The position numbers and the translations under genes are program-made. A stretch of DNA of 17,436 bases from positions 227,399 to 244,834 of IMG/VR virus record IMGVR_UViG_638277085_000001. One strand, 5' to 3'. Numbering within the stretch: position 1 is the stretch's first letter; the number at the start of each line of letters is the position of its first letter. Positions 1 to 7,124 of the stretch are shown here, piece after piece. The DNA comes from a virus (Duplodnaviria; Heunggongvirae; Uroviricota; Caudoviricetes; Straboviridae). The notes under the pieces were generated by a model. That model was not told where the DNA came from. It saw only the letters and a list, made by a program, of their open reading frames with translations, and searched no databases.

Positions 1-219
1 AATTACTTTGCTGTACTGAACAGCGAAGAGCAAATCGCAGTTGAGATTGCATTTGGTGGGTATTACAACGAAACTGAGGGTGATAGAGACCCTATACCAG
101 AAGATACCGATTTTCATTTGATTGGTTCTCAGGGTCATTATGAAGCTCAGGGTCGAATGTTTAATAGCAACTTGCGCGTATGGCTGCGAGGGGCGGGTAA
201 AATCACTATAATTTACTAA
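1..219 (+). CDS. 3' end of a hypothetical protein (5'-truncated by the window)
   Basis: Frame 1 is open from base 1 (NYFAVLNSEEQIAVEIAFGGYY...VWLRGAGKITIIY) to TAA at 217-219. It is followed directly by the RBS (AAGGGA) of the next gene. Confidence 0.7.
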   Translation, partial: NYFAVLNSEEQIAVEIAFGGYYNETEGDRDPIPEDTDFHLIGSQGHYEAQGRMFNSNLRVWLRGAGKITIIY

Positions 220-228
220 GGGAATACT

Positions 229-1683
229 ATGTCAAGTATTAATATACCTGGATTCGGTTACTCGGCTGTACCTGAATCGCCAAACGATGGGCAGCTATAC
301 GGTAGACGAAATGCCACATGGGAGTTAATTGCTCTCTCAGACGGTGTGTTAGAAGCACCCGCAGACGGACAAGAATATGTTCGAAAAGATTTTCAATGGG
401 TTTTGCCAACTTACCCAACTTATACCGCAAGTAATATTAGCCTAACGTCGTCGTTATTCGCGTCAACGAATGTTCACGATGCGCTTGAGGAACTTTACTA
501 CGAAAACCCACTCAATGTCGTACTTGTTCGCAGCGAAGATGATCTGCCAGCCCCACAAGTGATCAATGGTGTGTTGACGCACAAACTCGAAGAAAAGGAA
601 TATGTCATTGATGGTAATGTTACGATTGCAAATTCACTAGGGTTTCCGGGAGCGGGGATTAGTGCAACGATTAAAGCGATAAACCGTTCGGTGTTGACTT
701 ATACTGGAACCGATGCCATGTTCTATGATCTAGGGGCACAAGGAAATATTGAAATCGCTGGTCAGACTGAGTTCCAAGCCCCGAATGCCGACATGTTCAA
801 TTTGATTTCTGGTGCGGGTGGTTTCTCATTTCAGTCACGGTATGCTGACCGATTCAATAACTGTGACCGTCTAGGTGAAGTTTACTGCGGCGGATTATCT
901 ACGATTGTGTTCAATAACGGTACATTCAGAAACTTCAATCAAGGGCTTGTTGTTCACGACCCGGGCTTTTTTGAAGTAAACACGTTCTTCGTATTCGGAA
1001 ACAATCAAGCCGGTTGCACGTACTTTACAGTACAAGGAACATCATCAACTGGCTCGATTAACATCGACACAGTGACATGTTCTATCGGGACAAATGAGAC
1101 AATTTTCAATTTTAACCCGAATATCCAAGCAACTATTGATACGATCAACGTTCGAAACTGTAGTCTTCGTGGACCACTGAACGGTACGCTATTTGCACCG
1201 GGAAGTTTGACACCTCGTGATTTCAAATTTGAAAGTCTTGGTAACACTCTTATCCCGAATACGGTTCAGGGTGGTTTGTTGTCATTATCTAGCAATGCGA
1301 CACCAACTGTAGTCGGGGCAGTAAATACTCCAACACTTGCGGCAGGTACATGGGTTGTTCAAGAAACATCACATTTCCTAGGTTCAACGGGAGGTCGTTT
1401 GACTTCGCAAGTTATTAGAGACATTTCGACTAGTATTGATGCGTCAATGACAGTTGAACCATCATCAGGTCAGGGTATCGTAATTCGCGCATACTTAGCT
1501 AAAAACGGTGTTCCGATTGCAGCAAGTGCAAAAACAACAACTGCTGATAGTGGCAGAGAGGGCTTCTTGTCATTGACATGGCAAATGGACATATCTAAAG
1601 ACGATTATATCGAGTTATTTGTTGAAAACCGTTCTGGTTCAACGTCGATTATTGTCACAGATGCTACGTTACGCATCCCGTAA
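229..1683 (+). CDS. Putative trimeric virion fibre/decoration protein: two N-terminal fibritin-foldon-like motifs, beta-rich middle, C1q/BclA-like C-terminal head
   Basis: 484 aa with RBS AAGGGA. EAPADGQEYVRKDFQWVL matches the T4 foldon EAPRDGQAYVRKDGEWVL at 14/18 positions. It also has an ASNI...STNVHDALEEL fibre motif and a C-terminal YLAKNGVPI...DDYIELFVEN typical of gC1q/BclA-type jelly rolls. It is adjacent to inh, as hoc is in T4. Confidence 0.6.
   Translation: MSSINIPGFGYSAVPESPNDGQLYGRRNATWELIALSDGVLEAPADGQEYVRKDFQWVLPTYPTYTASNISLTSSLFASTNVHDALEELYYENPLNVVLVRSEDDLPAPQVINGVLTHKLEEKEYVIDGNVTIANSLGFPGAGISATIKAINRSVLTYTGTDAMFYDLGAQGNIEIAGQTEFQAPNADMFNLISGAGGFSFQSRYADRFNNCDRLGEVYCGGLSTIVFNNGTFRNFNQGLVVHDPGFFEVNTFFVFGNNQAGCTYFTVQGTSSTGSINIDTVTCSIGTNETIFNFNPNIQATIDTINVRNCSLRGPLNGTLFAPGSLTPRDFKFESLGNTLIPNTVQGGLLSLSSNATPTVVGAVNTPTLAAGTWVVQETSHFLGSTGGRLTSQVIRDISTSIDASMTVEPSSGQGIVIRAYLAKNGVPIAASAKTTTADSGREGFLSLTWQMDISKDDYIELFVENRSGSTSIIVTDATLRIP
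268..405 (+). repeat. Tandem pair of foldon-like motifs (protein-level repeat)
   Basis: VPESPNDGQLYGRRNATWELI and VLEAPADGQEYVRKDFQWVL share P-x-DGQ-x-Y-x-R-x3-W. Confidence 0.85.
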
Positions 1684-1689
1684 TAAATA
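1682..1689 (+). promoter_or_regulatory. T4-type late (gp55) promoter candidate for inh
   Basis: AATAAATA (7/8 to TATAAATA), about 30 nt upstream of the inh start and its GGAG RBS. Confidence 0.55.
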
Positions 1690-1719
1690 TAATTGAATGG
1701 ATAAATTTGGAGATTCACA

Positions 1720-2211
1720 ATGAGTCAATTGAAAACACACGCAGATTCACTAACTAAAGCAGAACTAGATGAGTTTGCACAAGAGTTTTACGGCATAGAG
1801 CTTGATCGTCGTAAATCAAAAGGCGCTATGACTAAAGCTCTTCTTGAGGGTGCGGAAGGTAAAACTCCACTGAAGCAACTTCCGTGGGAAGAACTTCTTC
1901 TTGAAGAAACACCCGAGCCAGTCGTAGAGACGGAAGTCAAAGAAGAATCCGAATCTGTTAAAGTTGAGATTCCAACAGATGATTCTTTCGAGCCTCTACC
2001 ACTACCTTTCAAACGCGGGCATGAACGTTTCATGATTGCGTCTGATTCTGCCGTTGAATCGGCAAAGGGAATTGTTGCAGGTAAAGTCTCGATTGACGAT
2101 GTGCTTGCATCAGATCTTCGCGTAGTTAAATCAATCTTGCATTATGTCGAGCAAGACGGCAAGGTGCTAGTGCGTGAAACTCGCAATAGTCAATTCATCA
2201 CAATTAAATAG
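1720..2211 (+). CDS. inh: Inh, inhibitor of prohead protease gp21 (paralogue 1)
   Basis: C-terminus SILHYVEQDGKVLVRETRNSQFITIK closely matches T4 Inh (SLIYYINRDGSVLIRETRNSSFVTLK). N-terminal ELDEFAQEFYGIELDRRKSK motif and an acidic linker. RBS GGAG. Confidence 0.88.
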   Translation: MSQLKTHADSLTKAELDEFAQEFYGIELDRRKSKGAMTKALLEGAEGKTPLKQLPWEELLLEETPEPVVETEVKEESESVKVEIPTDDSFEPLPLPFKRGHERFMIASDSAVESAKGIVAGKVSIDDVLASDLRVVKSILHYVEQDGKVLVRETRNSQFITIK

Positions 2212-2219
2212 GAACTGAA

Positions 2220-2552
2220 ATGACAACACCAATCAACACTGATATGAACCTTGCAGTCACTCTTGATGATTTGACTGTAGCAGCGGCAATCGCCGCAAAA
2301 AGTGGGTACGATGATGTGACAACTTCCGCACTAAATCACGCGGGTGAGTCATACATCATTGTAGACAAGCAAACTTATGAAGAGCTTAAAGCTGCGATTG
2401 AGACTGCTAGTCCGTTGAGTTCAATCACTGGTCTTTCTCAAGAATGTGTTGACATTCTAGCAGGAGCAGTTGATTCAGCAACGACACTTTGCCGCGAACA
2501 CACTAACAGTCGATTCTTCCGAATCGCATGGACTGTTACAGTAACGCCATAA
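2220..2552 (+). CDS. Hypothetical protein with an Inh C-terminal-like motif
   Basis: 110 aa, RBS AGGA. TLCREHTNSRFFRI keeps the L-x-R-E-x-x-N-S-x-F-x-x-I pattern of the Inh C-terminus but lacks the Inh N-terminal helix region. Confidence 0.55.
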   Translation: MTTPINTDMNLAVTLDDLTVAAAIAAKSGYDDVTTSALNHAGESYIIVDKQTYEELKAAIETASPLSSITGLSQECVDILAGAVDSATTLCREHTNSRFFRIAWTVTVTP

Positions 2553-2555
2553 TAG

Positions 2556-2582
2556 AAAAGCCCGCATTTAGCGGGCTTTTTT
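2556..2582. terminator. Bidirectional rho-independent terminator
   Basis: AAAAGCCCGC-ATTTA-GCGGGCTTTTTT, between convergent genes. Confidence 0.9.
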
Positions 2583-2610
2583 GTGTCTACGAGACGCGCT
2601 GTAAGCGATT

Positions 2611-3795
2611 CTAAGCGACGAACGCGACACGCTGTACGATTGTCTGTTTTTCGTCGCGAAACTCGTCGTGAGCTTTTACAGTCGCTTTTACAGTTACTGT
2701 AGTGCCGTTCTCAATCTTTTCGCCTTCTTTATCGCGTAGGCGAGTTGAGCCAAACCACACGATTAGGTTGTTTTGTTCGTCTCGGAAATGATGGATGAAC
2801 GTGTCGCCATAGTAGCCTTCAGATACGATGACTTTTTCAAGTGTCACATTGAAGTTTTCACGTTTTTTGATGATACCGACGTGCTCAGATTCAGGCAACT
2901 CTGCTTTACGTTCAGCTTCGCGTTTAGCTAGAATCTCACGCTCTTTTGCTTTGTTAAAAGCTAAGATAGCTGCCGCAATATAACCAGTCTGTTTGTACTC
3001 GATGAATGGAGCAGCACATGACGCGATAACATTGTGCATGAAATCGTTCGTCGCTTCTTGAGTTGAAACCCATTCTAAGATCTCTTTTGCTTGCTCTTCA
3101 CACTTATCGTAATCGTATTCCGCAAGCATTGCATCACGCTCTTCACGCAGTGCTGGTGAGCCAACATTAATCATGTCGATAACCCACTGACGAGTCACAC
3201 CACCGCCATGGTAACAGCCTTTGTGCTCAACATACATAGCAGCCCATGTAACAATCTGAAGTGCGTTGTATGAGATTTTACGAGAACCACCACCCCATGA
3301 CTCTTCATCACCGAAATCAGCGATTGCAGTGTAGAACGTAGCTAGTGAGTCGATGGATTTAGTTGGTAGGTAGTATTTCAAGCATGAACCGCCAACGCGC
3401 ATTTCTTCTTTCGTCTCTTCATTTTGAATGACGTAGGTTACATTACGCTGACGTTTAGAGTTGCAGTGATCGCAAGTTGTGTCACCTAGAAGATGACGAT
3501 GATTAGTCTCGTTGTTAGAGCGAACAAGATTTGTTGCGTGGTCAAGTTGAGTCAAGAAAGACCAACCTTTAGTTGACGGGTATTCACCGCGAATAGTAAC
3601 ATCAACGTAATATTCACGATATTTTTGATGATTGATGATAATGATTTCTGAGTACACTTCACCGAACTCAAATGTGATTTCAGCAACACCAAGACGTTTT
3701 GCAATCTTGTTAGTAGATGCAACACGCGCTTCGAACTCGCTCATGTAGATTGATTTGATTGTGTAAGTGTTTTCGAATTTGTTTAGTGAAGTCAT
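2611..3795 (-). CDS. Early hypothetical protein with putative Zn-binding motif and C-terminal OB-fold-like region
   Basis: 394 aa. CDHC-x2-KRQR ... GGSCL. The C-terminal GYYGDTFIHHFRD...IVWF...VTVKATVKAHDEFRDEKQTIVQRV has an OB-fold-like strand pattern. It has its own sigma70-type promoter. Confidence 0.6.
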   Translation of the reverse strand: MTSLNKFENTYTIKSIYMSEFEARVASTNKIAKRLGVAEITFEFGEVYSEIIIINHQKYREYYVDVTIRGEYPSTKGWSFLTQLDHATNLVRSNNETNHRHLLGDTTCDHCNSKRQRNVTYVIQNEETKEEMRVGGSCLKYYLPTKSIDSLATFYTAIADFGDEESWGGGSRKISYNALQIVTWAAMYVEHKGCYHGGGVTRQWVIDMINVGSPALREERDAMLAEYDYDKCEEQAKEILEWVSTQEATNDFMHNVIASCAAPFIEYKQTGYIAAAILAFNKAKEREILAKREAERKAELPESEHVGIIKKRENFNVTLEKVIVSEGYYGDTFIHHFRDEQNNLIVWFGSTRLRDKEGEKIENGTTVTVKATVKAHDEFRDEKQTIVQRVAFVA

Positions 3796-3837
3796 AATAT
3801 TCTCTCTTGTTGTGGACGATTCGTTTCGTTGATAGAG

Positions 3838-3866
3838 ATATTACGGCTTTTTGGTGTAGTCGTCAA
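3838..3866 (-). promoter_or_regulatory. Sigma70-type (early) promoter
   Basis: Minus strand TTGACG-17 nt-TAATAT, just downstream of a terminator and 42 nt upstream of the 394-aa ORF. Confidence 0.7.
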
Positions 3867-3877
3867 CCAATAGATAC

Positions 3878-3902
3878 AAAAAAAGCGCAAAATGCGCTTT
3901 TT
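3878..3902 (-). terminator. Rho-independent terminator
   Basis: Minus strand AAAAAGCGCA-TTT-TGCGCTTTTTTT, ending the 5569->4011 unit. Confidence 0.85.
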
Positions 3903-3999
3903 AATTATCAATCAGGTAAGAAATCTGCTGACTCGGGGTGAATTTGTGTTTTTCAGCACGCGCTTCAGTCAATTCAGTTGACTCTTAGGATGTTTTCAT
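3901..3999 (-). pseudogene. Possible interrupted small ORF with an internal-protein-like leader
   Basis: ATG AAA ACA TCC TAA, then the same frame stays open: MKTS*ESTELTEARAEKHKFTPSQQISYLIDN. It fills the gap between the upstream gene and the terminator exactly. Confidence 0.3.
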
Positions 4000-4010
4000 T
4001 TATTGCTCTT

Positions 4011-4973
4011 CTATTTATCTAAGTTAAAAATTGTAACATCATCATGAGTCACAAACGATGGTTTGTAACCGTATTGCGGACCAAGGCGATTGAATAACCG
4101 CTTGTACAGACTGATTCGTTTCTCGTTCCCATCTTTGATTGATGTTGCAATTGTCTCACAGTTGTATTTCTTAGCAAAGTTCACTGTTTCATTGACTACC
4201 GTTGCAAATACTTTCATTGGGTTTTCAGAAGCAGTCAGATCATTAGTCCATCCACTCTCACCGCGAACTTGAAAATGCACCTCAACAGCTTGTACAAACT
4301 CAGGCGGATTGAAATTGAAAATCTCATCATTACCACCCCAATCAATGCCTCGCGGTATTAGAATGACGCGATAAACTTGTTTACCTATCTGAAATAGACC
4401 CTCGATTGGTTTCTTGTCACCCACGGGAACGTCGCCTTTCGGGTACATGACTTTCGCGGGCTTGTCAAGTGATTCCGTCAAATTAACCGAAGACAGCCAC
4501 TCGCGCCATGTCTTTTTATTTCCGATTTTCGCAAACGGAATATCGTCATGGTCTAGCCACTGTGCCGAGCGGTCATACGACTGAGAAGTATCAAATCCGC
4601 GGTAATCATCGCCAACCCATAGCCATTTATGATGCCAGATTTGATTGACTTGACGTGGCTTAGAAACAGCACCGTCTTTGTAAGTGATCATCATACCCGC
4701 GGCTGGTTCCTGTACAGTGTCAAATTCAACTGAGTCATAGAACGCAACGCCACCTTTTTTATAGTCAATTCGGACAATGTTCGGTGTGAATTGCGGATTT
4801 GCTATTGATACTTGAGTACGAGCATCAGCAACCATTTGCTTGAACTCGTCAGGAACATAGTCAACGTGAACATATAATGAACCGCCAATGTCTTTACCAA
4901 CGCCCCATTTGCTGCGTTTTACTGCACTACCTTTTCGGGTTTTTAATGTAGCGCGTTCAAAAATTATGCTCAT
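4011..4973 (-). CDS. Two-domain late protein; N-domain resembles the non-catalytic N-terminal domain of DNA-phosphorothioation-associated putative methyltransferases
   Basis: 320 aa, coupled to the upstream gene (GAGG TAA TA ATG). Motifs VGKDIGGSLYVH, NIVRI, FD-x4-P, IWHHK-x5-DY-x2-F and IGNKKTWREWL, then an LTESLDKP linker and a second domain (ENPMKVFATVV...RISLYKRLFNRL). Confidence 0.55.
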   Translation of the reverse strand: MSIIFERATLKTRKGSAVKRSKWGVGKDIGGSLYVHVDYVPDEFKQMVADARTQVSIANPQFTPNIVRIDYKKGGVAFYDSVEFDTVQEPAAGMMITYKDGAVSKPRQVNQIWHHKWLWVGDDYRGFDTSQSYDRSAQWLDHDDIPFAKIGNKKTWREWLSSVNLTESLDKPAKVMYPKGDVPVGDKKPIEGLFQIGKQVYRVILIPRGIDWGGNDEIFNFNPPEFVQAVEVHFQVRGESGWTNDLTASENPMKVFATVVNETVNFAKKYNCETIATSIKDGNEKRISLYKRLFNRLGPQYGYKPSFVTHDDVTIFNLDK

Positions 4974-4975
4974 TA

Positions 4976-5569
4976 TTACCTCGTTGCTGCGTTTGTGATA
5001 TTTCTGATCATACGCACTGCGAATTGAGTGTCGCCTGTCATGGCTGCTGACGCCGCCTTATCGACGTAAAACGTGCTATCTTCGATCATGTTCAAGTGAT
5101 GGTAGATTTCACGAAAATCATGGCGGTCGAACTCTTTAGTGGTGAAACGAAGCGCGCCTGCTTTCTTGTCATCGTCGTGAACACGTTTGTATTCATCAAT
5201 GACTCGAATCATTTCACTAGCGTATTTCTTCATTTCCATGTTATCGAGCTTCAAACGTTTTGCTGCTTGAATTACCTCGTCACGAGGACGCTCAAGTTCA
5301 ATCGCATCTTTAAGAATGTTCAGGCTGTGAATGGTATTCACTGCTGCCTTTTCCATTTGTAATTTGTGATCTTCAAGCGTTCGATTATGCTTTCTCAACT
5401 CACCAGTTGCGGTAGCACTTGCAATCAAGCCAGCAAAAACTCCCCAGAACCCGCCTTTACGCTGCAAGCGTTTCTTAACTTCGCCTTTCGAACCTGCTGT
5501 AATTGCTTGAAATTGAGCCCATTTGCCGCTTTTTCTTGCTTTATCCATTTCTGTTAAAAATTCAATCAT
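4976..5569 (-). CDS. Putative internal head/ejected protein (capsid-targeting-like leader, hydrophobic Gly/Ala helix, helical body)
   Basis: 197 aa. Starts MIEFLTE (L-x-E, gp21-type site). Contains GGFWGVFAGLIASATATG. Preceded by TCTAAATA and RBS AAGGGG. Confidence 0.55.
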   Translation of the reverse strand: MIEFLTEMDKARKSGKWAQFQAITAGSKGEVKKRLQRKGGFWGVFAGLIASATATGELRKHNRTLEDHKLQMEKAAVNTIHSLNILKDAIELERPRDEVIQAAKRLKLDNMEMKKYASEMIRVIDEYKRVHDDDKKAGALRFTTKEFDRHDFREIYHHLNMIEDSTFYVDKAASAAMTGDTQFAVRMIRNITNAATR

Positions 5570-5594
5570 AGTTTTAACCCCTTATTGTTTACTG

Positions 5595-5602
5595 TATTTA
5601 GA
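5595..5602 (-). promoter_or_regulatory. T4-type late promoter candidate
   Basis: Minus strand TCTAAATA (7/8) followed by CAGT, the same tail as the uvsW promoter. It lies right after a terminator and 25 nt upstream of the ATG at 5569. Confidence 0.65.
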
Positions 5603-5610
5603 CGTAAACG

Positions 5611-5637
5611 AAAAAAGGGCGACCGAAGTCACCCTTT
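5611..5637 (-). terminator. Rho-independent terminator with C(UUCG)G loop
   Basis: Minus strand AAAGGGTGAC-TTCG-GTCGCCCTTTTTT. Confidence 0.9.
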
Positions 5638-5651
5638 AACAGTTGGTTAAA

Positions 5652-6278
5652 TTAACCGTAGATTGCTTTGATGTTATCAAAGAACGAAGAAGATTTATTT
5701 ACCTTCGCGATTACGTATGTAGCATTCATCCGAACCATGTTCGATACGTTGATTTTTTCAAGCTCTTCTTTATCGAGATTTGCATCAGTGACAAGTTTTA
5801 GAATGTCGCGTGCATTGTCTCGCAATGCAATTGATGTCAGATAGCGAATTTGCTGCTTTGCTTCAAGTGATTTGAATGCATCAATCGCATCTTGACCAGC
5901 AACTGCAACTGAAAGACCCAGCCCGCGATTAAGTGCGCGAGTCAAAAGCTTCTCCATGCCTTCGATTGGCTTGCGTGGCGTCGCTCGTTTTGGGATGTCG
6001 ATAGCTAGACGACCTTTGTTTTTCAGCGAGTAAACGTGAACTTCACGAACGCCGTACTTCTCAAATCGTGTTACGATGATCTCATCAGAGTTCTGTACGT
6101 TATCTTGTACACGTCGTCGTAGAGTTTCGTTGTACTCGCCGCCATTTAGTGCATAGACAAGTTCAGCAACGGTTAGATCACGATGTGAAAGTAGCTCGAT
6201 AATCGCAGGGCGAAAGTTTTTGCTGCTAACTTTGTCATTTGAAGCAAGTGCTTTGCGTACGATTTCAACGTTTTTCAT
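5652..6278 (-). CDS. Putative DNA-binding protein with N-terminal winged-helix-like region
   Basis: 208 aa, basic. RPAIIELLSHRDLTVAELVYAL...RRRVQDNV...VHVYSL resembles an ArsR/MarR-type wHTH pattern. RBS GAGAG. Confidence 0.45.
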   Translation of the reverse strand: MKNVEIVRKALASNDKVSSKNFRPAIIELLSHRDLTVAELVYALNGGEYNETLRRRVQDNVQNSDEIIVTRFEKYGVREVHVYSLKNKGRLAIDIPKRATPRKPIEGMEKLLTRALNRGLGLSVAVAGQDAIDAFKSLEAKQQIRYLTSIALRDNARDILKLVTDANLDKEELEKINVSNMVRMNATYVIAKVNKSSSFFDNIKAIYG

Positions 6279-6294
6279 AATATATTTCTCTCAA

Positions 6295-6570
6295 TTAAAT
6301 TTCTTTCTCAACGGGAACTTGAATTTCATCAAATTGCGTATCGTGGTATTGCTCATACGCTTCGTGAAAGCTATCAAGTTCATCGTCAACTATAATCTGT
6401 TCGCCGGTCTCGAAAACATACATGATGCTATCGTATAAACCAGTGGCAGTATTGTACATTGGTTCAGTTGTGAATCTCACACCGCACGGCGTGAAAAGCT
6501 CAATTCTGACTTCAGGGACTGGGACTTGCTCTGCATTGTGTACTGCAAAGGCTTGTTCTAATCTAGTCAT
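6295..6570 (-). CDS. Small acidic early hypothetical protein (91 aa, MTRLEQAF...)
   Basis: Start reassigned to ATG 6570 (RBS AGAGAG), because the track's TTG at 6603 overlaps the -10 box. Confidence 0.7.
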   Translation of the reverse strand: MTRLEQAFAVHNAEQVPVPEVRIELFTPCGVRFTTEPMYNTATGLYDSIMYVFETGEQIIVDDELDSFHEAYEQYHDTQFDEIQVPVEKEI

Positions 6571-6582
6571 AATGTGCTCTCT

Positions 6583-6622
6583 GTATTGTCTCAACGAAAA
6601 CAAGTTTAGGTCAAGACAATAC
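6583..6622. repeat. 9-bp perfect inverted repeat straddling the -10 element (operator-like)
   Basis: GTATTGTCT (6583-6591) and AGACAATAC (6614-6622), 22-nt spacer. Confidence 0.6.
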
Positions 6623-6631
6623 TAATGTCAA
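6603..6631 (-). promoter_or_regulatory. Sigma70-type (early) promoter
   Basis: Minus strand TTGACA-17 nt-TAAACT, immediately after the stop of 6632..7120. Confidence 0.8.
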
Positions 6632-7120
6632 TTACTTTTTGCGCCATTTTGCAAGTTTTTCATCGTATTCACTGTGCTTCCACAAATCAAACACGATAGT
6701 ACCGCTCTGGAACCACCACACAAGTGAGATTGTATCATTCAGCTTAGGATCTTTAGGGTTCTTTCCTAAGTAAAGCTCAGTACTCGGGTGCGAGTGGTAG
6801 ATTGCTTTTTTGACAGCGAACTTATATCCGCCTTCTGGCATACCAATTTCTTTCGGTGGGTAGATATTACCCAGATACGCTACTTGATATACTGTGTTTT
6901 TGAACACAACACGAGCCGAGTCAATATTGAAAAGCAAGTTTTGATACTTAGCAGCATTCGGGGCAATCTTCCATTTATTCTTAGGCTTGGTTTCGAGTAG
7001 TTTATCAATCTCGGGTTCTGGTATCAATTTACCGAGATTGTGATTTCCCCATTCTTCCTCAAGAGAAAGACTAATATGAATGCCGTAAAGCGTGTTTTCA
7101 TATTCGTTAAATCGAAGCAT
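6632..7120 (-). CDS. Putative internal head protein; C-terminus tentatively RelE/YafQ/HigB-like
   Basis: 162 aa. Starts MLRFNEY (like T4 IP leaders M-K-T-F/Y-x-E-F). Coupled to the inh paralogue (GAGG TAA caac ATG). C-terminal IYHSH...SLVWW...IVFDLWKHSEYD. Confidence 0.45.
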   Translation of the reverse strand: MLRFNEYENTLYGIHISLSLEEEWGNHNLGKLIPEPEIDKLLETKPKNKWKIAPNAAKYQNLLFNIDSARVVFKNTVYQVAYLGNIYPPKEIGMPEGGYKFAVKKAIYHSHPSTELYLGKNPKDPKLNDTISLVWWFQSGTIVFDLWKHSEYDEKLAKWRKK

Positions 7121-7124
7121 GTTG

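Noticed and set aside
239-2033. Minus-strand ORFs 239..430, 1005..1247 and 1788..2033
   Set aside because: Antisense shadows of well-supported + genes, with no RBS or recognisable motifs.
2602-2618. TAAGCGA direct repeat at 10-bp spacing at the end of the 394-aa gene
   Set aside because: Only two copies, one within coding sequence; could be chance.
4090-7000. Plus-strand ORFs 4090..4272, 5096..5362, 5366..5557, 6220..6438, 6422..6625 and 6788..7000
   Set aside because: They lie opposite a tightly packed minus-strand gene set and have no expression signals.
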